Source: Convolutriloba macropyga (taxonomy: Eukaryota). From it: 64,000 nt of DNA. The stretch's first letter is position 1, and every line of letters begins with the position of its first letter. Position numbers and translations under genes: made by a program. The notes below the pieces were generated by a model. It was not told the DNA's origin. It saw nothing but the letters and a program-made list of their open reading frames with translations, and did no database searches. Below are positions 53,140 to 61,499 of this stretch, one piece after another. The stretch lies in assembly GCF_964194025.1 (NCBI RefSeq), contig NC_134478.1, positions 41,230,001-41,294,000 of the forward strand. The letters run 5' to 3'.

Positions 53140-53569
53140 TATAGCAGCCGCCCGTGCGCAATATGTATTATCTTTTGTAGTTGAGCGTGGTACTTGTTTA
53201 AAATACAAGGATTGAAGTTTAATTGATAAGTAGATAAAAGCAGAAGAGAATTGTTTCAAATAAATGAAGATCAAATTGAGTGATCAACTCTGAAGGTAGG
53301 TTTATTGTTCAATGAGTGAGTTTTATCCTCAGTTTTGCCCGTATCCGATATCGGTTCTATCACCGTGGTAAATTAACCAAGTAAATACTGATATGTCACA
53401 ATTGTTAGTATTGCTCGAAGCCCGAGCTTTGTCTATTTCAATCTGTCGACACCTATCAAGATTGTGTCAGTCATTAATCAAGTAATAAATTAAAATTTAA
53501 ACTAAATCTTTGACCTTGAAACCCAAGGTTTTTAGTACACCCCTTTTTTACATACGTGTGACACTCACA
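53140..53569 (-). repeat. 3' LTR
   Basis: Direct repeat of 59763-60192, preceded by the PPT. Confidence 0.95.
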
Positions 53570-53582
53570 CTGCCCCCCTCTC
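53570..53582 (-). other. Polypurine tract GAGAGGGGGGCAG
   Basis: Directly 5' of the 3' LTR. Confidence 0.88.
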
Positions 53583-53698
53583 AATAAGAATAGAGTGTGC
53601 CACTCACTCACATAAAATCAAACAAATTTTACATCTCTCGATACATACGCGTTTTAAAATATAAAAAGTTTGTACTTTTCATATCAAAAGTTTAGGTA

Positions 53699-54556
53699 TC
53701 AGTTTTCGTCATTCATGACTTTCTCTGCCTCGTCCAGCCCGAAATTGTTGTACGCTTCTCGCGCCCCATCGTTTATCAGTATTTGGTATGCTCGATTAAT
53801 GGTCTTGAAAAACTCCTCATCTCCACCAGCATCAGGGTGAGTCAACAAGCTCATTTTGTGGTAGTGTTTTTTGATCTGATCTTTTGAAGCAGAACTTTTT
53901 ACCAACAAAATCTCGTACAATGTCGCAGGCCGATTCAATACATTTTTATTTCGAATCTCGAATAAACACTTCTCTGTGGCCTTCGTTTTGGCTCTCTCGT
54001 TCTTCAAAGAATGCTTTTGTCTATCAATTATAGTGTCTTTCCTTCGGCACTCACTCGCCAAGTACTGGTTATAGTTTTCCAACTGCTGAAGCTCTGACCT
54101 CAATTGGTCATTCTCTTTCTCCATGTTTTCCAGTGCTTCGCTCTTTTTATCAGTATTGACTTTTAGATCGGCTAACTCCTGCTTAAGTAAGTCGATTGAC
54201 TGCTCTTGTTCGGCATTTCTAGCTGCCGCCGCCTTTAGGTTATCTCTTAGCGCCCCACACTCGGCGCTCAGTTTTCCCAATGCTTCTCTTGTTGCCTCTT
54301 TGGCTTTTTCGCAATGTCTGTCTAGTTTTTGTCGAAGCTCGACAAGATCTTTTTGGAGTAAAGAGTTTGTACTCTTCAATTTCTCTAACTGCGCGCACTG
54401 GCTTTGCAGTTCCACTTCAGTCTGCAGAGCTCGGGACCGAATATTGGCGGGTGCCAGAAGTTCTAGTGTAGACACCTTCCGAGTCCGTGACAGATAAGAT
54501 TCCACTCGGTACACTCCCGGGGAAATCTCCGATATAACTTTCCACAACTCTGGCAT
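53699..54556 (-). CDS. Accessory protein: coiled coil + C-terminal DnaJ J-domain
   Basis: TLYEILLVKSSASKDQIKKHYHKMSLLTHPDAGGDEEFFKTINRAYQILINDGAREAYN shows J-domain helices I-IV with HPD, preceded by about 160 aa of heptad-rich sequence. The first in-frame ATG is at 54556, but the frame is open to about 54623. Confidence 0.85.
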   Translation of the reverse strand: MPELWKVISEISPGVYRVESYLSRTRKVSTLELLAPANIRSRALQTEVELQSQCAQLEKLKSTNSLLQKDLVELRQKLDRHCEKAKEATREALGKLSAECGALRDNLKAAAARNAEQEQSIDLLKQELADLKVNTDKKSEALENMEKENDQLRSELQQLENYNQYLASECRRKDTIIDRQKHSLKNERAKTKATEKCLFEIRNKNVLNRPATLYEILLVKSSASKDQIKKHYHKMSLLTHPDAGGDEEFFKTINRAYQILINDGAREAYNNFGLDEAEKVMNDEN

Positions 54557-54647
54557 ATAGTACACATATTCACCAATTTGTGGGGTCTCACTGCCTGCTA
54601 TGTTTAATAGAAACCATTTTTGGTTCTAAAGTTTCTCAAAATTTTCA

Positions 54648-54812
54648 GTCTTGATCTCAAGACTTCTCCCTTATTTTTAATTGTCTTGACCTCAAGACAA
54701 CTCTTTTTCATTTTTTTTTGGTCTTGAACTCAAGACAACTAATTTTAATTTTTTTTTGGTCTTGAACTCAAGACAAGTCATTTTCATTTTTTTTCCGTCC
54801 TGAACTCAAGAC
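54648..54812. repeat. Array of five 16-bp palindromes GTCTTGA-NC-TCAAGAC
   Basis: Units start at 54648, 54683, 54721, 54759 and 54797 (the last has one mismatch), with T-rich spacers. Confidence 0.92.
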
Positions 54813-54834
54813 AAGTCATTTTCATTCTTTTTTT

Positions 54835-55175
54835 TTACACAACCGACTCTTTCAAGGACTCTTTCTCTTCAATCATTTTTTTTTGTTCTTGACGCTCATT
54901 AATTAATTTGAGTAGTTGATTATACATACGTGTTCCCGTTACAGGGTCGAGATTCCGCAACAGTTGTTGCCAGGAAGCTCCATTAATGACTAATCCTAAA
55001 TAGATGAACAATTTAGGAAAATTTTTCACAACTTGGAATATGAGGTAGACTGTTAAGACTGACACAGCAATATCCTTAGCTTTTAACCAAACGTATAAGC
55101 TTTCAATTTTTAAGTTACGAAAAATTGTTATTTCATTCGTTAGAAAAAATTGTTTTTGGAACTGAGCGTTCCAAT
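54835..55175 (-). pseudogene. C-terminal remnant of a membrane-anchored, possibly env-like ORF
   Basis: Frame is open from the integrase breakpoint: NWNAQFQKQFFL...KDIAVSVLTVYLIFQVVKNFPKLFIYLGLVING, followed by a charged tail. Confidence 0.5.
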
Positions 55176-58100
55176 TCTTCTATTGTTCGATTTGTTCGTT
55201 CAATCATCGCGTTCCCTTGTGGGTGGTAGGATGTGGTTGATGTCCTCTGAATTCCTAGTTCACTGCAGAGACTACGAAACAATTTAGACATGAAGTTTGA
55301 CCCTTGGTCACTGTGTAGATTGACTGGACAGCCGAATCTTACTATCCAGTGTTCAACAAACGCTTTTGCCACAGTTTTTGCCTCTTGATTGGGTAACGCT
55401 ACAGCTTCGTACCACTTACTGAATTGATCACCGATAAGCAAAATGTACTTGATTCCCTGAGACTCGGGAAGTGGACCCATGATATCAAGAGATACTTGCC
55501 AAAATGGATGACTAGGTTTCCATTTTGAGAGTGAATGCCGATGTTTCTGCTTAGTGCCTTTCCTTTTTAGGCAAACGTCACAGCTTTCTATCCAGTTTCT
55601 TACGTCCCTTCTCATGCACGGCCAATAAAACCTATCGCAAGCTCTTTTGTACGTTTTCTCTATACCAAAGTGTCCTGCGCTAGGCGAATCATGCAACAGC
55701 TCAAGAACGTTGGACACTCTACCCCAGGGTACCAGCATTTGGTAAACAGTTTCAAAGTTAGGTTCTGTTTGGTGTTTTCGATACAAAATCCCTTCTATGA
55801 GAAAAAGATTTTTATACTGAACCCAGTATTTCCATAACTCCTTTGAAGCTCCGTTTCTCATTTGCCGTGGTTCGGGTCTTTTTTTGTTTATGACCCATGA
55901 ATATACTTCTTTGAGTATATTGTCATTTTGCTGCGAATCTCGCAGTTTTACTCTCTGCAGCTTGTGTAACTGCCAACCTCGACTACTATAGTCGGTATCG
56001 TCTTGCTCTACGTCTAGCGCAATAGCGTTAACGAAAGATGTTTGTTCCTCATCTTCTGTGTTTATGCGCGAAAGACAGTCAGCGTGTGGGATTTTCTTTC
56101 CTGCTCTATGCTTGATGTCAAAATTAAATTGCCCAAGTTTCTCTATCCATCTTGCGACCATACCGTCTGGTTCTTTAAAACTATAGATCCACACGAGAGC
56201 CCTGTGGTCTGTTATAATTAAAAAGTGCTGACCAAGTAAATAGTTTTTAAAATAATGGGTAAAATGAACTATTGCGAATAATTCCCGCTTAGTTGCTGAG
56301 TAGTTTCGTTGACTTTTACTCAAAGTTTTGCTAGCATATGCAATAACTCTATCCTCAGTTCCTTGTTTTTGTGTAAGAATTGCTCCGATGCCTGTCAACT
56401 ATGCATCGGTAGTTAATGTATATTGATCCCTATCGTTTGGATATCCTAAAACTGGGGCTTCTTTTTCTTCAACTCTGCTACCGCACTAGTGCACTCTGTA
56501 CTCCATTCAAATTTATTTGATTTATTTAGTAACCTGTAAAGAGGTTCTGCTGTTTTTCCGAAACCCGGAATGAATTTTCGATAATAGCCCACAAGGCCCA
56601 GAAAAGCCCTGACGTCTTTTAGGGATGATGGTTCTTTCATTTTTTCTACCGCTCTTACTTTCTCTGGGTCGACCTCGACACCACTCTCAGATATAATATG
56701 TCCTAAAAAGCTGAAGCGCTTTTGGAAGAAATTGCATTTTGATCCTTTAATCTTTAATCCATTCTCCGATAAACGTTGGAAAACCAGCTCTAACCGTTTA
56801 AGATGTTCTTCAAAATTTCTTCCGAAGACGATAACGTCGTCTAGATAAACTAAAGCTACTTCGTAAGAGAGACCAGCAAAAATTAATTCCATTAGGTTTT
56901 GAAAAGCTCCTGGTGCAGAAGCTAGTCCCATAGGGAGCCTCTTCCACTTATATAGGCCCAAAGGTGTAATAAAAGCTGTTACATTTTGACTCTCTTCTTC
57001 CAGCGCCATTTGAAAGTATCCCGACAGAAGATCAATGTTTGAGAAGTACATGTTTCCCTCCAGTGAATCAATAACCTCATTAATTCGCGGTAAAGGCCAG
57101 CATGTTTTCTCTATTTGTTTGTTTAGACCACGGTAGTCTACAACTAAACGGTAGGTTCCGTCTTTTTTTGGTACCAGTAATGATGGTGCTGCCCAATCAG
57201 AGTGTGTTGGTTCGACTAAGTCATCTCGTTCCAAGTCTTCGACAATTTTCTTCATGGCTTTTCTTTTCTCAAAGCTCATGCTGCCGTATGTACGTCTGAA
57301 TGGCACAGCATCATTTTTTAATTTTTATGATAAATTCGGTCGCAAAATCCCATATCATTTGAGTTTCGCGAAAATATCATTTCATATTTTGTGCAAAGTG
57401 ACCTCAGTTTTGACATTTCCTCACAAGACAAGCTCATTGAACTTGAGTTCACGTGTTTGTTGAAATTAAATTCGTCTCTATGCTTTTTATTATTGTCGGG
57501 GTTATTTTGTTGTACTCTTGAAATGTTTTCAATGTTTTCCGCACATGCGATTCTCGCATTTTTGTAAACTTTCTTTGATTCTAATGTAGGATTCAGAGCT
57601 CGAACCCATGCGACATCATCAACCATGTCATTCAGCGATCTCGCTATTAATAAGTGTGATTTGTCTTCAAACCCTTTCATAGGTTCGACTATAATTTCTG
57701 TTTGCTGTGTTATGTTACCTTCTTCATCGATAATTTTGCATTTAATGAAACCCTTGCAGCGACGAGGTAATTCTTGATCCTCAGCAGCAATTAAAAACAG
57801 ATTCCTATTACTTCGTTGGTATGGGGCCAATTGTAATGTTTTCCCAATCGCCCCGCAAGAAAGTTCGTTCTTTCTGAGATTTAAAATACAGTCAAAATTG
57901 TACAAGAACTCCATGCCTAATAAACAAGGCGTTATCTCAATTCTGGTCACTAGAAATTTGACTGTTATTTCACATGTAAATTTCTGAAGTTGAACTTGAA
58001 TATCTGTTGACCCCATTATAGGCATTTTCCCGTTATTGGCAGCTATTATATTTTTATTGCACATTCTGATCTGGCTTGGTTCCCCCAATTGCTTGTAGAG

Positions 58101-58274
58101 TGTGTCGCTTATAATATTAACACTACTTCCACTATCAATTAAGGCCATTATTAATTTGTCTTTTATCATTATTTTTGCGAACAACGCCTCCACTGGGCTG
58201 TTTCCGCCACGCAAGGTTTTTACGTAGCCGGCTGAAAATGAAGCCCTGCCATTTCCAGCTAATTCTCTTTTAAA
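55157..58274 (-). pseudogene. pol: Pol (protease, RT, RNase H, integrase) with frameshifts, a stop and a C-terminal deletion
   Basis: LIDSGS, YLDD, TDA*LTGIGA (stop at 56399-56401), H..H..CDVC, DIMG/SDQG/IERTNR. Frameshifts at about 57320 and 56460. Integrase ends shortly after the catalytic Glu. Confidence 0.92.
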
Positions 58275-59290
58275 TACGGACAATTTCGTTTGAAGTGATT
58301 CGGGCTCCCGCATTCGAAACCATTTTTGCATTCCCTAGATGCATGGTTTCGCTGACCGCAACGGCGACATTTTTCTTTCTCGAAACTCACCGCTGCCTTC
58401 GACTGCTCGGCACGACTCTCGTGCGATCGATCTCGGCTTCTGTTCTCACCTCCCGGTGTTAGCGAACGCGCTCTACTTTCGTAATTGTTTCGTCTATGCT
58501 CAGCGCTGCTTCTAGTATAGCCATTAGTATTTCTATTTCTATCTTCGTTCTCTCTTGAACTTCGCTGACTACCGCGCAGAAACTCTTTTGGCCGCGCTCC
58601 TTGCGATGAAAACTTTTGATTCTCTCGCCTATTAGGTTGATTAGTCTGCAGTGTTTGCACTAAATCGTTAATCGAATTAACCAGTTGTGTGTTTTCATTC
58701 GACTGGATGGCAGAAACCCGCGGCTCATTATCCTCCTCCTCAATTCTCGTGACTGCTTCAATGTGTAGTGCTCTTTCTAAAGCTTTGTCTAAAGTCATAT
58801 CCGCGTCACCCAAGTTCTTTCTCAGGTCGAGTCGCACCTGACTATTTTCTATGCCTTCGAGGAATCCTCTCAAAATGAGATGTTCTCTTATCTCATTAGA
58901 CTCCTGAGGGTATGCTTTCAAGGCTAAAGTTTGCAAATCACCGAGAAAATCTGTTAATTTTTCACCAGGCTGTTGGACTCTCCTAGCTAGCCTCCCCCGG
59001 AACACTACTGGTTTCTCATTATAATGTTGTCTGAAAGCCTTTACGGTTTCGTCATAACTTTTTCTAGTGTCCTCCGAAAGTGTACGATAGAAATCAATGG
59101 CCGACTTTTGTAACCTTAACGCGAAATAATGCGGCCGTTCATCAATTTCGGTCTCGGCGCCGTTTACTGTTTCTTTTCTTTGCCACTTTTGGAGTTGTGA
59201 CAAGAGCTCAAAGTGTGTAATGTAACTTTCAAAATCATTTGATCCATTAAACGGTTCCGGTAACAGCGTTTTTGAGGAGTGCCGCGCCAT
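58259..59290 (-). CDS. gag: Gag (capsid + nucleocapsid)
   Basis: PEPFNGS...F, RVQQPGEKLTDF (MHR-like), CRRCGQRNHASREC, and a second knuckle with the first Cys replaced by Gly. Confidence 0.92.
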   Translation of the reverse strand: MARHSSKTLLPEPFNGSNDFESYITHFELLSQLQKWQRKETVNGAETEIDERPHYFALRLQKSAIDFYRTLSEDTRKSYDETVKAFRQHYNEKPVVFRGRLARRVQQPGEKLTDFLGDLQTLALKAYPQESNEIREHLILRGFLEGIENSQVRLDLRKNLGDADMTLDKALERALHIEAVTRIEEEDNEPRVSAIQSNENTQLVNSINDLVQTLQTNQPNRRENQKFSSQGARPKEFLRGSQRSSRENEDRNRNTNGYTRSSAEHRRNNYESRARSLTPGGENRSRDRSHESRAEQSKAAVSFEKEKCRRCGQRNHASRECKNGFECGSPNHFKRNCPYLKEN

Positions 59291-59747
59291 CCTTATTTTA
59301 TTTAAAAGCTGTTGTTATTCAAAATATTCAACTAATTCTGTTCGAAACTCGAACTATTTTTCCGACACTCTAGTTAACAGCTTTTAAATATGATTGAAAC
59401 TCTAATTCCCTCGTCAATAAATGCAAAAAAACTCGAGGTTTAATGCTTGAGTTTAAGTCAAATTAAGTCAAATTAAAATACTGATGTTTCTGAACGCTAT
59501 TTTATTATCAAAAAAACATGTACGCCCTGATTTATGCTTTTCGAATTTTTAGGGAGTACTCACTTTATAGTTCCAAGATGGCAGTTGTTGTTGTCGAATC
59601 CCGACAGCAGTCCACAATTCCTCTTCCGGGTCGTGATGTTAAGACGTCGAACTCGAGTTTAAAAATTGGTTTTCAAACAAAAAATAGATTTCTCTTGTAT
59701 TAGTACAACGCTCAATGTTATTGGGTGGTGGTTTTCTATTTACTTTT

Positions 59748-59761
59748 AATCTCTGTCGCCA
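59748..59761 (-). other. Primer-binding site TGGCGACAGAGATT
   Basis: TGG-starting motif 1 nt after the 5' LTR. The priming tRNA was not identified. Confidence 0.8.
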
Positions 59762-59762
59762 C

Positions 59763-60192
59763 TATAGCAGCCGCCCGTGCGCAATATGTATTATCTTTTG
59801 TAGTTGAGCGTGGTACTTGTTTAAAATACAAGGATTGAAGTTTAATTGATAAGTAGATAAAAGCAGAAGAGAATTGTTTCAAATAAATGAAGATCAAATT
59901 GAGTGATCAACTCTGAAGGTAGGTTTATTGTTCAATGAGTGAGTTTTATCCTCAGTTTTGCCCGTATCCGATATCGGTTCTATCACCGTGGTAAATTAAC
60001 CAAGTAAATACTGATATGTCACAATTGTTAGTATTGCTCGAAGCCCGAGCTTTGTCTATTTCAATCTGTCGACACCTATCAAGATTGTGTCAGTCATTAA
60101 TCAAGTAATAAATTAAAATTTAAACTAAATCTTTGACCTTGAAACCCAAGGTTTTTAGTACACCCCTTTTTTACATACGTGTGACACTCACA
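59763..60192 (-). repeat. 5' LTR (TGTGAG...GCTATA)
   Basis: No mismatch to 53140-53569 seen by eye. Confidence 0.95.
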
Positions 60193-60199
60193 CAGGTTT

Positions 60200-60960
60200 T
60201 GGATCTCTTTCGTTTGTTTGCACCTGCTTTGTTATTTCATTTTTTTTGCTCAGCAACCCCCAAGTGAACGCTTGTGCCATATTTAACATCAAACTCACTC
60301 TGCAATGGAATGTGATCTGTAAAGAAGGGAATAACGAAAAGATTATTTTTTCTGACATTTTTTAATTTCAGACATTGACTTAGCAACTCTGTAGAGTAGC
60401 GTTTTCTGCTTTCAACTTTAAGGTACACGCTATATACAGACAACTGATTTTATACATTAATGTTAGATTCTGGATGCCAAGCAGAACAATTATACAAGAC
60501 CTAGAGAAATTGCAGCACGCAGCACCAAGATGAATTTAAGGGGGTTCACAAAGCTACAAAGAGCGACTAGTCCAACTCCAGATTCTGTCACTGATTTCGT
60601 TTATTGAAATGCATGACCTCATGCTGTTCCTTGCGATAACTAGTGGCAATTCGACATACAGTGCAAACATCTTAAAAAACACAACAAATTCCAACCCGAA
60701 GGCAGAGGTAGAGGCAAATTTAAAATCAAGAAAATAAGATTAACCCGTGCTGGTGACAACTTCTTCCCTAGAACACAACTGTTCAATTTTTAACGAAGAT
60801 CTTTTCGAGATATGACCCCGAATTGTGCAAACAATAGGAAAAATATTTTGGAGTTTTTTTACGAGCAAATACTCAGAACTAAACAAACGCCATTGAAGAT
60901 TACTTTGCAGATGTGAAAATTGCAACTTCATGAGCAAATTAGAATAAAACTTATTCTAAT
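60200..60960 (+). pseudogene. Decayed CR1-like LINE 3' remnant
   Basis: VRFWMPSRTIIQDLEKLQHAA resembles the LINE C-terminal W.P.....I..LE.VQ..A motif. Confidence 0.45.
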
Positions 60961-61499
60961 TTTTCAATTGAAGAAAAGGGGCACAAAAGAAACCGAGAGA
61001 TGAACTCTAAATTCTTATCTACGTTTACTAATACGAGTTAGACTACAGTCGGGATGTGGGGCCAATCATCATGTGGCTCGAGCAAACAACTATTTCTCCT
61101 TATAGCCCCCATTATGGTATATTACACCAGGATTGTTGTGATTAACTTAATAAATTGTCTCCAAGTGCACCCGGGAGGCTTTTTAATTGTTTCAGCTCTT
61201 GATTATGGTTTTTAACTGTGGTATCAGAGGCCGGACTTAAGAGTAGCCCAAGATACCGGACTGTTTGAGTAGCCCCAGATACCGGGGATTTCAGATTCCA
61301 GCAAAAGAATTTATACGAGTTATCTGCGATTGCACATTTGGTATCAAGCATCTGGCGAGAGAGCTCTCCGCATCAGCTTGATTGTTAACCTAAATTTTTG
61401 ACCATACTCAATTTTTTTAGTCAAACATTTGGGTGTGAGCGTTCTCAACATTTGTTTGGTTAATTAGTTTAGGCCCCTAGGGGCCACATCCCTTAGTCC

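Larger units (their letters stand above)
53140..60192 (-). mobile_element. Ty3/Gypsy LTR retrotransposon (ERV-like) with extra ORFs, internally deleted
   Basis: Two 430-bp LTRs, PBS, PPT, gag with CCHC, domain order PR-RT-RH-IN. Confidence 0.95.

Noticed and set aside
54123-54497. Antisense ORFs over the J-domain, LINE, YR and V-ATPase genes
   Set aside because: Shadow frames of real coding sequence with no motifs.
53699-54565. Host DnaJ gene independent of the retroelement
   Set aside because: It lies between the two LTRs, upstream of the PPT, has no intron and is in element orientation.
54648-54812. CRISPR-like look of palindromic repeats with spacers
   Set aside because: The spacers are ~20-nt T-rich near-copies of one another, there are no cas genes, and the array lies inside a eukaryotic retroelement.
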